A stretch of 64,000 nucleotides of DNA from Microbacterium sp. (GCF_043427715.1 NZ_JBHWTD010000103.1:45730-109729), one strand, 5' to 3'. Shown: positions 1 through 11,834, numbered from the stretch's first letter. The notes: generated by a model not told the origin, from the letters alone. Translations and numbers: made by a program.

Positions 1-1490
1 TGGTGATGCCCAACATCGCCGCATTCATCGCCTGGGGCCTCATCACCGCCCTGTTCATCGATTCCGGCTGGGTCGGCAAGGAGAGCCCCGTCGAAGCCTG
101 GCGCTGGTCAGACTCGCACATGCTGGGCGGCGGCGAAGGCCCCGACGGCACCGTCTGGGTCGGCCTCGTCGGCCCGATCATCACCTACCTCCTGCCGACC
201 CTGATCGCCTACACCGGCGGCCGCATGGTGCACGGTGTCCGCGGCGGCGTCGTGGGTGCCGTCGCCGCCATGGGCGTGATCGTCGGCGCGAACGGCACCG
301 TCATGTTCCTCGGAGCCATGATCGTCGGCCCGCTCGCAGCCCTCGCGCTCAAGTACGTCGAGAAGCTCTGGGAGGGCAAGGTCCGTGCCGGCTTCGAGAT
401 GCTGGTCGGCAACTTCAGCGCCGGCTTCGTCGGGTTCTTCACCGCCCTCGCCGCGTTCTTCTGGGTGGCACCGGTCATCAAGGCCGTCACGACGGGCCTG
501 GGCGCGGCCGTCGGCTTCCTCATCCAGAACGGCCTGCTGCCGCTGGCGAGCATCCTCGTGGAACCGGCCAAGGTCCTCTTCCTCAACAACGCCATCAACC
601 ACGGCGTGTTCACCCCGCTCGGCAGCCAGCAGGTCGTGGACGACGGCAAGAGCCTCCTGTTCCTCGTCGAGGCGAACCCCGGCCCCGGTGCCGGCCTGCT
701 GATCGCGATCACCGCGTTCGGCGTCGGTGCCGCCCGCGCCACCGCTCCCGGTGCGCTCGTCATCCAGTTCCTCGGCGGCATCCACGAGGTGTACTTCCCG
801 TACGTGCTGGCCAAGCCGCTGCTGATCCTCGCGCTCATCGCCGGTGGCGCCTCGGGCGTCGCCACGAACGCGATCTTCCAGTCGGGTCTCGTCGCCGCAG
901 CCTCCCCCGGATCGATCTTCGCCGTGCTGATCCAGACCTCCCCCGGCAGCCACCTCGGCGTCATCCTGTCGGTCGTCATCTCGGCAGCGGTGACGTTCGC
1001 CGTCGCCAGCGTGATCCTGCTCGCCGCCCGCAAGCGCGACCTCGCCCGGGAGGCCTCAGGACAGGGCGGCTTCACCGAGGCGATCGCCCGCACCGAGGCC
1101 AACAAGGGCAAGAGCTCGTCAGCACTGTCGGGCCTGCGCGGGACGGATGCCGCTCCGGCAGCGGCCGCCGCGGGAACGCTCACCGCCGGCGACCGTGAGA
1201 TCCGCTCGATCGTCTTCGCCTGCGACGCCGGCATGGGGTCGTCGGCGATGGGCGCGAGCGTGCTGCGCAACAAGATCAAGAAGGCCGGCATCGACGACGT
1301 CACCGTCGTCAACAAGGCCATCGCAAACCTGGACGGCACCGCTGACCTCGTGATCACCCAGCAGCAGCTGACCGACCGGGCGAAGCACCAGAACCCCGAC
1401 GCGATCCACGTGTCGGTCGACAATTTCATGAACTCGCCGAAGTACGACGAGGTCGTGGAGATGGTGCGGCGTCAGCACGACGCCCCCTGA
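1..1490 (+). CDS. mtlA: PTS mannitol-specific EIICB component, 5' end cut by window edge
   Basis: ORF 3..1490. It aligns from about residue 20 of enterobacterial MtlA (MPNIAAFIAWG, FEMLVGNFSAG, VEPAKVLFLNNAINHG, EANPGPG, GGIHEVYFPYVL). It ends in an EIIB module (IVFACDAGMGSSAMGASVLRNKIKKAG). Confidence 0.9.
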   Translation, partial: VMPNIAAFIAWGLITALFIDSGWVGKESPVEAWRWSDSHMLGGGEGPDGTVWVGLVGPIITYLLPTLIAYTGGRMVHGVRGGVVGAVAAMGVIVGANGTVMFLGAMIVGPLAALALKYVEKLWEGKVRAGFEMLVGNFSAGFVGFFTALAAFFWVAPVIKAVTTGLGAAVGFLIQNGLLPLASILVEPAKVLFLNNAINHGVFTPLGSQQVVDDGKSLLFLVEANPGPGAGLLIAITAFGVGAARATAPGALVIQFLGGIHEVYFPYVLAKPLLILALIAGGASGVATNAIFQSGLVAAASPGSIFAVLIQTSPGSHLGVILSVVISAAVTFAVASVILLAARKRDLAREASGQGGFTEAIARTEANKGKSSSALSGLRGTDAAPAAAAAGTLTAGDREIRSIVFACDAGMGSSAMGASVLRNKIKKAGIDDVTVVNKAIANLDGTADLVITQQQLTDRAKHQNPDAIHVSVDNFMNSPKYDEVVEMVRRQHDAP

Positions 1491-1576
1491 TGCGGACCGC
1501 TGCGGGGTCGGAGACAATGGTCCCGGCCCCGCAGCCCCGCTTCCGTTCCACCCCACCAGCAGGAAGAGAGATCCCC

Positions 1577-2017
1577 ATGGCCCGCGACGTCCTCACCCTC
1601 GGTCAGATCCGCATCCACTCCGGTTCCGTCAGCCAGGAGGAGGCGATGCGGGAGGCCGCTGACATCCTCCAGACCGCCGGCGCCGTCACCGGCGCCTACT
1701 TCGACGCGATGCAGCAGCGCGAGGTCGCCGTCTCGACCTACATGGGCAACGAGCTCGCCATCCCGCACGGCACCAACGACACGAAGGACACGATCCTCGA
1801 CTCGGCGCTCTCCTTCGTCCGCTACGACGGAGGCGTCGACTGGGGCGGCGAGCCGGTCACCTTCGTCGTCGGCATCGCCGGCAAGGGCGACGAGCACCTC
1901 GAGATCCTCTCCCAGATCGCCCTGCTCTTCTCGGAGGACGAAGACGTCGCCCGTCTGAAGGCCGCTCAGACCCCCGAAGATCTGTTCCGTCTCCTGTCGA
2001 CGGTGAACGAGGCATGA
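1577..2017 (+). CDS. mtlF: PTS mannitol-specific EIIA component
   Basis: ATG 1577 is preceded by GGAAGAGAG. The product [14 protein letters not shown]...[12 protein letters not shown] is EIIA-2 (mannitol/fructose type). Its stop overlaps the mtlD start (ATGA). The ORF-track start at 1490 is an upstream extension. Confidence 0.8.
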   Translation: MARDVLTLGQIRIHSGSVSQEEAMREAADILQTAGAVTGAYFDAMQQREVAVSTYMGNELAIPHGTNDTKDTILDSALSFVRYDGGVDWGGEPVTFVVGIAGKGDEHLEILSQIALLFSEDEDVARLKAAQTPEDLFRLLSTVNEA

Positions 2018-3165
2018 AAGCCGTCCACTTCGGCGCCGGCAACATCGGTCGCGGCTTCGTCGGCCTGCTGCTGCACGAAGGCGGCTACGACCTCGTCTTC
2101 TCCGACGTCGCCCCCACCCTCGTCGACACGATCAACGGCGTCACGGAGTACACCGTGCACGAGGTCGGCACCGGCGGGAGCGACAAGACCGTCACGGGCT
2201 TCCGTGCGATCAACAGCCAGACCGATCCCGATGGCCTCGCCGCCGAGATCGCCACGGCCGACGTCGCCACCACCGCAGTGGGCCCCACGATCCTGCCCTT
2301 CGTCGCGCCCAGCATCCTCGCGGGACTCGCGCGGCGGGACCCGGCATCCGCTCCCCTGCAGGTGATGGCGTGCGAGAACGCCATCAACGCCACCGACCTG
2401 CTCCGCGCCGAGATGGAGAAGCTCGCCGGCGACGAGTGGGAGGCGCTGTCCGCGCGCGCGGTGTTCGCGAACACCGCCGTCGACCGGATCGTCCCCGGCC
2501 AGCCCGCAGGCGGTGGCGTCGACGTCACCGTCGAGCCGTTCCTCGAGTGGGCGATCGAGCGCGGTCCCTTCGGCGACGACCCGCCGCACATTCCGGGCGC
2601 GCACTTCGTCGACGACCTCGCGCCGTACATCGAACGGAAGCTCTTCACCGTGAACACCGGCCACGCCGCCACGGCCTACCTCGGTGCGCAGGCCGGCCTC
2701 ACCCGGATCTCCGACGCCCTCGCCGATCCGACGATCGCCGCTTCGGTGGAGCGCGCCCTCACCGAGACGTCCGCCCTGCTCCACGCCGTCCACGGACTGG
2801 ATGCGGCAGAGCTCGCCGACTATCGCCGGACCATCCTGCAGCGCTTCGCCAACCCGGCCCTCCCCGATACCGTGCAGCGCGTCGGTCGTCAGCCGCTGCG
2901 GAAGCTGTCGCGGCACGAGCGCTTCATCGGCCCGGCCGCCGCGGCCGCCGAGCGGGGACTCCCCGTCGAGGGACTCGTCGCCGCGATCTCAGCGGCGCTG
3001 CGATTCGAGGACGCCGGGGACCCGCAGGCGGTCGAACTGCAGCAGCGGCTCCGGACGGAGGACGCCGACGCGTTCGTGGCATCCGTCACCGGTCTCGACG
3101 CCGGTCACCCGCTCTCCCCCACCGTGGTCGCCGCCGTCCGCGAGCGGCAGAGCGAGCTGGGCTGA
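2014..3165 (+). CDS. mtlD: mannitol-1-phosphate 5-dehydrogenase
   Basis: N-terminal Rossmann motif [15 protein letters not shown]. Length is 383 aa. It lies directly after mtlA/mtlF. Confidence 0.9.
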   Translation: MKAVHFGAGNIGRGFVGLLLHEGGYDLVFSDVAPTLVDTINGVTEYTVHEVGTGGSDKTVTGFRAINSQTDPDGLAAEIATADVATTAVGPTILPFVAPSILAGLARRDPASAPLQVMACENAINATDLLRAEMEKLAGDEWEALSARAVFANTAVDRIVPGQPAGGGVDVTVEPFLEWAIERGPFGDDPPHIPGAHFVDDLAPYIERKLFTVNTGHAATAYLGAQAGLTRISDALADPTIAASVERALTETSALLHAVHGLDAAELADYRRTILQRFANPALPDTVQRVGRQPLRKLSRHERFIGPAAAAAERGLPVEGLVAAISAALRFEDAGDPQAVELQQRLRTEDADAFVASVTGLDAGHPLSPTVVAAVRERQSELG

Positions 3166-3575
3166 CCGCGCTTGTGACGGGAACAGTCGAACTCCCGCAG
3201 GAGGCCGTGAACTGACGGCAGGCCGCCGCCGTCGGCGCCGACAGCGGATCGTGAAGATCTCGCGCTCTCCCTCGCCGGGGTGCTGGTCGCGGGAGCCATC
3301 GGCCTCATCGCCTGGACCCAGACCGGCGTCATGGCCGCCGAGGAATCCGCCTCAGCACTACGGCACCCAGTCCGGCGACGGCGACCCCACCATCACCGAC
3401 GCCGAGATGGCCGCCGAGATCGCGGCATCCGTCCGCACGCTCCTCGGCCGCCTCTGACCCCGGTCCGCCGCGGCGGCGCGCTGAGCGGCCCGCCGTCGCC
3501 GCCGTGCCGCAAGTCCTGAAGAACGGCCGGGATCGGCATCAGATCGCGCACCGCACTGCGCGACAGCCGGGAATG

Positions 3576-3593
3576 TAAGGAGTTAGCGCACGC
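3576..3593 (+). repeat. Copy A of the AGGAGTTAGNNCACGC motif
   Basis: Reads TAAGGAGTTAGCGCACGCC in a low-GC patch, 150 nt upstream of the DUF559 gene. It is inverted relative to copy B. Confidence 0.6.
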
Positions 3594-3745
3594 CGCCCGT
3601 TCCAAACTGGGTCCGCAGAGCCGACGACACGCTCGGCCACACGACCGCGCACGGGCTCCTCCCCCGCGGGCGGTGAGCACGACTTGTCCCCCGGTCCGTG
3701 GCGGGCGCGCCTGAACCCGGGCAGCTCGGACACCATCGCCCCGTG

Positions 3746-4552
3746 ATGATCCGCCGCGCACTGACTCGGAGCGAACTGCCGCTCAGCCGTCGCGCCCTCC
3801 GCGAGGCCGTGACGCACGGACATCTCCTCCGCGTGCGTCGCGGTCGGTATCTGCCGGCTTCTGCTCACCCGGACATCGTCGCCGCCGCCCGGCTCGGCTG
3901 CCGCCTCGACTGCGTCTCGCTGCTGCGTTCGCTGGGAGTCTTCGTCCTCGATCACGCCGCCCTGCACGTTCACGCGGCGAACGGGTCGAGCAGACTGCCT
4001 CTGCCCGGCGACCGCGTCGTCCGGCACTGGCGAGCGTGCGCAGACGCCGCCGGGACCGTGGTGGTCGACCTGGTCGACGCGCTGGCGCAATCGTGCCGCT
4101 GCCAGGACCCGCGATCCGCGATCGCCACCCTGGACAGCGCGCTGCATCTCGGGCTGATCGACGAGGACGGACTCACCGAGGTGTTCCGACGTCTCCCGGC
4201 GAGGTTCGCGCATCTCCGCCGGCTTCTCGATCCGCGTGCGGAGTCTGGAGCCGAGACACTGATGCGACTGTTGTTGCGCACGCTGCCCTGCTCCGTCCAG
4301 GTCCAGGTCAGGATCAACGGAGTCGGACGCGTGGATTTCGTCGTCGACGGATGGCTCATCATCGAGTGCGACAGCAGAGCCCACCACGAGGGGTGGGATG
4401 CGCAGCGCAACGATCGGCGCCGCGATCTCACCGCCGCCACCCTCGGCTACACCACGATCCGGCCGATGGCCGAAGACATCTTCTTCCGCCGGGACGAGCT
4501 CCGCGAGACCATCGCCGCGATCCTCCGCCACCGGCCCGTCGCCGCCCGCTGA
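3746..4552 (+). CDS. AbiEi_4-like N-terminal domain / DUF559 (Vsr-like endonuclease fold) protein
   Basis: The N-terminus has HGHLLRVRRGRYLP, as in AbiEi-type wHTH domains. The C-terminus has VDFVVDGWLIIECDSRAHHEGWDAQRNDRRRD, typical of DUF559. The start is uncertain (ATG 3746 or GTG 3698). Confidence 0.7.
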   Translation: MIRRALTRSELPLSRRALREAVTHGHLLRVRRGRYLPASAHPDIVAAARLGCRLDCVSLLRSLGVFVLDHAALHVHAANGSSRLPLPGDRVVRHWRACADAAGTVVVDLVDALAQSCRCQDPRSAIATLDSALHLGLIDEDGLTEVFRRLPARFAHLRRLLDPRAESGAETLMRLLLRTLPCSVQVQVRINGVGRVDFVVDGWLIIECDSRAHHEGWDAQRNDRRRDLTAATLGYTTIRPMAEDIFFRRDELRETIAAILRHRPVAAR

Positions 4553-4610
4553 CTCACAGCTCGGCCAGCCGGACCGTGCGCCGCCGCCAACGCCGCACAG
4601 ACAGACGAGA

Positions 4611-4629
4611 CGCGTGTGCTAACTCCTCA
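4611..4629 (-). repeat. Copy B of the AGGAGTTAGNNCACGC motif (inverted)
   Basis: The plus strand reads CGCGTGTGCTAACTCCTCA, whose reverse complement is TGAGGAGTTAGCACACGCG. It pairs 17/19 with copy C across a 56-nt spacer. Confidence 0.6.
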
Positions 4630-4685
4630 AGCCCGCCATCACGCCGCGATACCGGAGGCCGGTTTCCGCGGCAAACTCTCAACGA

Positions 4686-4704
4686 TGAGGAGTTAGAGCA
4701 CGCG
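4686..4704 (+). repeat. Copy C of the AGGAGTTAGNNCACGC motif
   Basis: Reads TGAGGAGTTAGAGCACGCG. Together with copy B it forms a long nested stem-loop between the convergent DUF559 and add genes. Confidence 0.6.
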
Positions 4705-4824
4705 GAGGACGGGAGCGCGCTCGCGCACGCGCACGTAGAGGGCCGGAACGCGTCCAGGGCACGCAAACGGCCGGGCGCGGCCTCACCGCTCGCGGACGGC
4801 CGGCGCGGGCCGCCCGCGGCGAGC

Positions 4825-5940
4825 TCAGCGGGAGAAGCCCTCGGCGATGAGCTCGATGAGCTCCTCACGCTCCTCGACGGTCAAGAACGCGGCCGCGGCG
4901 GCGTTGAGCTGGAACGCCTCGAGGTCGTCGAGGGTGTACTCGAACGTGTCGGCCAGGAGACTCAGTTCGCGGGTCAGCGAGGTGCGGCTCATCGTGCGGT
5001 TGTCGACGTTCACCGTCACCGCGAAACCGAGCTGGTACAGCAGGTCGAACGGGTGATCGACGAGCTGGGTGCCCCACTTGGCGATAGCTCCGGTCTGCAG
5101 GTTCGAGGACGGCGACAGCTCCAACGGGATCTCGCGGTCCCGCACCCAGCGGGCCAGGGCGCCGAACCGCACCTGCACCTCGTCGCCCTTCTCCTCGACG
5201 ACGTCGAGGTCCTCGGCGATGCGCACACCGTGCCCGAGCCGCAGCGCGCGACCGTCGATGAGCGCCGAACGGATCGAGTCGAGTCCGGCCGCCTCGCCGG
5301 CGTGCGCCGTGACGGGGAAGAACTCGGATGCCAGATAGTCGAACGCCTCACGGTGCTTCGAGGCCGGGAACCCGTCCTCTGCACCCGCGATGTCGAAGCC
5401 CACGGCGCCGCGCCCGCGGTGCGCGATCGCGAGCTTCGCGATCTCCAGGGACCGGTCGGCGTGGCGCATGGCGGTGATCAGCTGACCGACGCGGATGTCG
5501 TGACCGGATGCCTCGGCGGCGTCCTCGCCCTCTTCGATCCCCTCCTGCACGGCTTCGACCGCCTCGTCGAGGCTGAGCCCGCCCGCGAGGTGCTGCTCGG
5601 GAGCCCACCGCACCTCGCCGTAGATGACGCCGTCGGCGGCGAGGTCCTCGACGAACTCCTTCGCGACGCGGCGCAGTCCGTCACGGGTCTGCATCACGGC
5701 GGTGGTGAGGTCGAAGGTCTTCAGGTACTCGACGAGGGAGCCGGAGTCGGCCTGATCCTCGAACCAGTCCGCGAGGTCGTCTGCGGCATCGGTGGGAACC
5801 TCGACGCCCGCCTCGTCGGCGAGCTCGATGATCGTCTGAGGCCGCAGCGCACCGTCGAGGTGGTCGTGCAGCGACACCTTCGGAAGCGAACGGATCGAGA
5901 CGCCCTGCAGCTTCGCGTCGCCGTGCTGGTCGATGGCCAT
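4825..5940 (-). CDS. add: adenosine deaminase
   Basis: MAIDQHG...LPKVSLHDHLDGALRP carries the metal-binding HxHLDG motif. ATG 5940 is preceded by GAGGAG. The ORF-track start at 6027 is an extension. Confidence 0.9.
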   Translation of the reverse strand: MAIDQHGDAKLQGVSIRSLPKVSLHDHLDGALRPQTIIELADEAGVEVPTDAADDLADWFEDQADSGSLVEYLKTFDLTTAVMQTRDGLRRVAKEFVEDLAADGVIYGEVRWAPEQHLAGGLSLDEAVEAVQEGIEEGEDAAEASGHDIRVGQLITAMRHADRSLEIAKLAIAHRGRGAVGFDIAGAEDGFPASKHREAFDYLASEFFPVTAHAGEAAGLDSIRSALIDGRALRLGHGVRIAEDLDVVEEKGDEVQVRFGALARWVRDREIPLELSPSSNLQTGAIAKWGTQLVDHPFDLLYQLGFAVTVNVDNRTMSRTSLTRELSLLADTFEYTLDDLEAFQLNAAAAAFLTVEEREELIELIAEGFSR

Positions 5941-5963
5941 GAGGGTCTCCTCGTTGTGGGGGG

Positions 5964-7256
5964 TCAAGCGGTGATGCGTTCGAGGACGAGCGGGCGGGAT
6001 GCCGGTGCGTCCGCGCCGATCTCCCATGCGCCGTCCAGCGCCTCGGCGGCGCGGTCGAACCGCTTGTCATCGTCGGCCAGCAGGGTGAACAGGGGCTGTC
6101 CGGCGGTCACCGTGTCGCCCGGCTTCACGTGCAGGTCGATGCCGGCGGCGTGGATGACGGGGTCTTGCGCGCGCGCACGACCGGCGCCGAGACGCCACGC
6201 GGCGATGCCGAAGGGCAGCGCTTCCATCCGCGTGAGGATACCCGAGGTCGGCGCGGTGACCGTGTGGGTCTCGCGGGGGGTGGGCAGGGGCGCGTCGGGG
6301 TCGCCGTCCTGGGCGGCGATCATGGCACGCCACGCGTCCATCGCTCGGCCGTCCTTGAGGGCCGCTTCGACGTCGGCATCCGGCTGTCCCGCGAGGGCGA
6401 GCATCTCTCGCGCGAGCGCGACGGTCAGCTCGACGACGTCGGCGGGGCCGCCTCCGGCGAGCACTTCGACCGATTCGCGGACCTCGTTGGCGTTGCCGAT
6501 CGCAAGGCCCAGCGGCGTGTTCATGTCGGTGAGCAGCGCGGTCGTGGCGACACCGGAGTCGGTGCCGAGCGCGACCATCGTGCGAGCGAGCTCGCGAGCC
6601 TTGTCGACGTCGCGCATGAAGGCGCCGGAGCCGAACTTCACGTCGAGCACGAGCGAGTCGGTGCCCTCGGCGATTTTCTTCGACATGATGCTCGACGCGA
6701 TCAGCGGGATCGCCTCGACGGTTCCGGTGACGTCGCGCAGTGCGTAGAGCCGCTTGTCGGCGGGGGCGAGCCCCGACCCTGCGGCGCAGATGACGGCGCC
6801 GACGCCGCGCATCTGCTCGACCATCTCCTCGTTGGACAGGGCCGCGCGCCAGCCGGGGATGGCTTCGAGCTTGTCGAGCGTGCCTCCGGTGTGTCCGAGG
6901 CCACGGCCGGAGAGCTGCGGCACGGCGACGCCGAACGAGGCGACCAGTGGCGCCAGCGGGAGGGTGATCTTGTCGCCGACGCCACCGGTGGAGTGCTTGT
7001 CGACGGTGGGCTTGCCGAGTCCCGCGAAGCTCATCCGCTCGCCGGAGGCGATCATCGCATCGGTCATGACGCGGATCTCGTCACGGCTCATGCCGTTCAG
7101 GAGCACCGCCATCGCGAACGCGGCCATCTGCGAGTCCGCGACGTACTCACGCGTGTAGGCATCGATCATCCAGCGGAGGGCGTCTTCGGGGACCGCGCCA
7201 CCGTCGCGCTTGGTGCGGATGACGTCGACCGCGTCGAACGGCTCCACACCGCTCAT
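5964..7256 (-). CDS. deoA: thymidine / pyrimidine-nucleoside phosphorylase
   Basis: Motifs MSGVEPFDAVDVIRTKRDGG, VDKHSTGGVGDK and SGRGLGHTGGTLDKLE. ATG 7256 overlaps the cdd stop (ATGA). The 127-aa Arg-rich extension in the ORF track is rejected. Confidence 0.9.
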   Translation of the reverse strand: MSGVEPFDAVDVIRTKRDGGAVPEDALRWMIDAYTREYVADSQMAAFAMAVLLNGMSRDEIRVMTDAMIASGERMSFAGLGKPTVDKHSTGGVGDKITLPLAPLVASFGVAVPQLSGRGLGHTGGTLDKLEAIPGWRAALSNEEMVEQMRGVGAVICAAGSGLAPADKRLYALRDVTGTVEAIPLIASSIMSKKIAEGTDSLVLDVKFGSGAFMRDVDKARELARTMVALGTDSGVATTALLTDMNTPLGLAIGNANEVRESVEVLAGGGPADVVELTVALAREMLALAGQPDADVEAALKDGRAMDAWRAMIAAQDGDPDAPLPTPRETHTVTAPTSGILTRMEALPFGIAAWRLGAGRARAQDPVIHAAGIDLHVKPGDTVTAGQPLFTLLADDDKRFDRAAEALDGAWEIGADAPASRPLVLERITA

Positions 7257-7651
7257 CGAGCCGCCTCCAGGTCGCGGGGACCGAACGCGTCGGGGAGGAC
7301 CTCGTCGATGGAGCGGATGCCGGAGACGGTCTCCAGCAGCATCCCGGGAAGGGCGAATTCGTAGAGCAGCTGGCGGCAGCGACCGCACGGCATGATCGTC
7401 TCGCCGTCGTTGTTGACGCACACGAAGGCGACGAGCTCGCCGCCGCCGGTCATCTGCAGGTTGCCGACGAGCCCGCACTCGGCGCACAGCCCGACGCCGT
7501 ACGAGGCGTTCTCGACGTTGCAGCCGGTGACGATGCGTCCGTCGCTGACGAGGGCGGCGGCGCCCACCCGGTAGCGGGAGTACGGGGCGTATGCCTTCTC
7601 CATGGCGTCGACGGCGGCGGCACGCAGCTCGTCCCAATCGATGTCTGTCAC
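7253..7651 (-). CDS. cdd: cytidine deaminase
   Basis: Zinc-ligand motifs CAECG and PCGRCRQ. GTG 7651 has AGGAG 7 nt upstream. Confidence 0.85.
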   Translation of the reverse strand: MTDIDWDELRAAAVDAMEKAYAPYSRYRVGAAALVSDGRIVTGCNVENASYGVGLCAECGLVGNLQMTGGGELVAFVCVNNDGETIMPCGRCRQLLYEFALPGMLLETVSGIRSIDEVLPDAFGPRDLEAAR

Positions 7652-7661
7652 GGGAGGACTC

Positions 7662-8942
7662 CTAGCTCTTGACGTAGGGGACGCCGGACGCGGCGGGCGG
7701 ACGCGACCGCCCGACGACACCGGCGACGGCGAAGATGGTGACGAGGTAGGGCAACATCAGCATGAACTGGCTGGGCACCGGCGAGCCGATCACCGACAGG
7801 ATGCCCTGCAGGTTGGTCGCGAACCCGAACAGCAGCGCCGCGAGGGTCGCCCGCAGCGGGTCCCACTTTCCGAAGATGACGGCGGCGAGGGCGATGAAGC
7901 CCGCCCCGGCGGTCATCTCGCGGTTGAAGGCCGGCACCGAGACGAGCGTGTAGAACGCGCCGCCCATACCGGCGACCGCGCCCGCGAGCATCATGTTGAC
8001 GTACCGGGTGCGCGCGACTTTGATGCCGACGGTGTCGGCGGCCTGCGGGTGCTCACCCACGGCGCGCAGGCGCAGACCCCAGCGGGTGCGGTACATGCCG
8101 TACCAGACCAGGAACACGGCGAGGAACATCACGTAGACGATGACGCTCTGGCGGAACAGCACCGGTCCGATGATCGGGATCTCGCTCAGCAGCGGGATCG
8201 AGACCGTGCGGAACAGCTCAGGACTGTTGAGGGTGTCCGAGTTCGGGACGAGCACCTGCCGGTAGAGGAAGGTGGTCAGGCCGATGACGAGGACGTTGAG
8301 CACGACACCGACGATCACCTGGTTGACGTAGTACGTGATCGCGAAGACGCTCAGCACGAGTCCGACCAGCACGCCCGCGACCATCGCCGCGACCAGGCCC
8401 GCCCAGGGCGATCCGGTGAGCGAGGAGGCGACCGCGGCGCTGAAGGCACCGGCGAGCAGCTGTCCCTCGATGGCGATGTTGACGACACCGACCCGCTCCC
8501 CGATGACGCCGCCGAGGGCGCCGAACACGAGGGGCGTGGCGAGGGCGATGGACCCCGCGAGGAGGCTGACCACCGGAAGCGTCGCTCCGGCCGAAGCCCA
8601 GGCGAGGAATCCGATCACGAGGACGACGCCGAAGACGGCCGTCAGCCACAGCGGCGTGCGTCGTCCGCGCGTCGTGAAGAACGCGGCGGCGACGGTGACG
8701 AGCGCCATGACGACGACGGCGAACCAGGCGGTGCCATCGGCCGGGAGGACCAGGTCGGCGAGCTGGATGGCGTCGCCGCCGGCGGCGAGGCGGAAGGCGC
8801 TCTCGCCACGGCGGGGCGCCAGCAGCGGCAGGAGGGCGAACAGCACCGTGAAGACGGCGAACACGATGGTCGTCTTCCAGGAGACGACGGTGACGGTGCG
8901 CTGGCCGTCGGAGACGACGGCGGTTGCGGGGGTCGTGGTCAC
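7662..8942 (-). CDS. BMP-family (nucleoside/simple sugar) ABC transporter permease, YufQ/NupQ-like
   Basis: Polytopic membrane protein (GALGGVIGERVGVVNIAIEGQLL). GTG 8942 overlaps the upstream stop (GTGA). Confidence 0.8.
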   Translation of the reverse strand: MTTTPATAVVSDGQRTVTVVSWKTTIVFAVFTVLFALLPLLAPRRGESAFRLAAGGDAIQLADLVLPADGTAWFAVVVMALVTVAAAFFTTRGRRTPLWLTAVFGVVLVIGFLAWASAGATLPVVSLLAGSIALATPLVFGALGGVIGERVGVVNIAIEGQLLAGAFSAAVASSLTGSPWAGLVAAMVAGVLVGLVLSVFAITYYVNQVIVGVVLNVLVIGLTTFLYRQVLVPNSDTLNSPELFRTVSIPLLSEIPIIGPVLFRQSVIVYVMFLAVFLVWYGMYRTRWGLRLRAVGEHPQAADTVGIKVARTRYVNMMLAGAVAGMGGAFYTLVSVPAFNREMTAGAGFIALAAVIFGKWDPLRATLAALLFGFATNLQGILSVIGSPVPSQFMLMLPYLVTIFAVAGVVGRSRPPAASGVPYVKS

Positions 8943-10212
8943 GCCGCCACCTCCTTCTTCGAGGAGCGCTGCTTTCGGCGCGCCGGGCGATCCTTCTGCG
9001 GGAGGCGGAAGATTGCGCGCACCAGCGGCGGCGCGGCGATGAACAGCACGATGAGCGACTGCACGACGAGGACGATCTCGACGGGGATCTGCTCGGATGC
9101 CGACATCGCGAAGCCACCGGCCTTGAAGGCGCCGAAGAGGATGCCGGCGGCGAGGATGCCGAGCGGCGACGAGCGTCCGAGGAGGGCGACGGTGATGGCG
9201 TCGAAGCCGATGCCGGCGTCGATGTCCTGACCGAAGCCGGTCGTCACGGTGCCGAGCATCTGGCTGACGCCGGCGAGGCCGACGAGGGCGCCCGCGATGA
9301 TCATCGCCCACAGGTACATCCGGCCGACGTTGATGCCGGCCGTCTTCGCCGCGGCGGGGTTCTCACCGACGGCCTTGAAGCGGAAGCCGAGGCTGGAGCG
9401 CTGCAGGAGCCACCACACGAACCCGACGGCGAGGAGGGCCAGGATGAAGCCGGCGTGCAGCTTGTACTGCGGGCCGAGGATCTGCGGCAGGATCGCCGAC
9501 TCGGGCATCGCGGCGGTCTTGGGGTTGCTGGAGCCCGGCGCCTGCAGGATGCCCTGCGTCGCCAGCATCCAGGCGATCAGATAGACGCCGACGTTGTTGA
9601 GCATGATCGTCACGATGACCTCGTGCGCGCCGGTGCGCGCCTTGAGGAATCCGGCGATACCGGCCCACAGGCCACCGGCGACCATGCCCGCGAGGATCGC
9701 GAGCAGCATGTGCAGCGGCCACGGGGCGTTGACCGAGGTCGCCAGCCAGCCGGCGGCCGCGGCGGCCATGAGCATCTGACCCTGGCCACCGATGTTGAAC
9801 ATACCCGCACGGAAGGCGAGCCCCACGCCGAGACCGGCGAGGATCAGCGGTGTCGCGAACTTCAGCGTTTCGGTCAGCGGACGGATGCCGGTGGCGAAAT
9901 CGGCCGCGTTGACGTTGTAGATCGCGCCGCGGAACAGGGCGCCATAGGCGCCGCCGATCGCCTCGCCGAGCGCGACGATGGTGTCCATCGGTCGAGCGAA
10001 GAAATACCCCGCCGCAGCCTGGACGCCTTCGTCGGTGAAGGCGATCATGATCGAGCCGGCGATGACGGCGAGCAGCACGGCGAACACCGAGATGATCGCG
10101 TTGCCGGTGACGACGTTCCGCCACGCGCTCTGCCAGCGGTTGGTGCCCGTCGGCGCGTTGGGGTGCTCGAGACGGTCGGGCTGGGGAAGCTGCGTCTCGG
10201 GGCTCGCGGCGC

Positions 10213-10216
<4 letters not shown>
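8939..10216 (-). CDS. BMP-family ABC transporter permease, YufP/NupP-like
   Basis: 425-aa polytopic membrane protein. ATG 10216 overlaps the ATPase stop (ATGA). Confidence 0.85.
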
Positions 10217-11730
<1,514 letters not shown>

Positions 11731-11834
11731 GTTCCGATCCTAATGAGGGCGTGGATGCTGCGGCAGGTGCGCGCCGCAGAGCGCAGAGAGAGGGAGGCCG
11801 GCGTGACGCCGACCTCCCTCTGTCGTGGCGGGTG

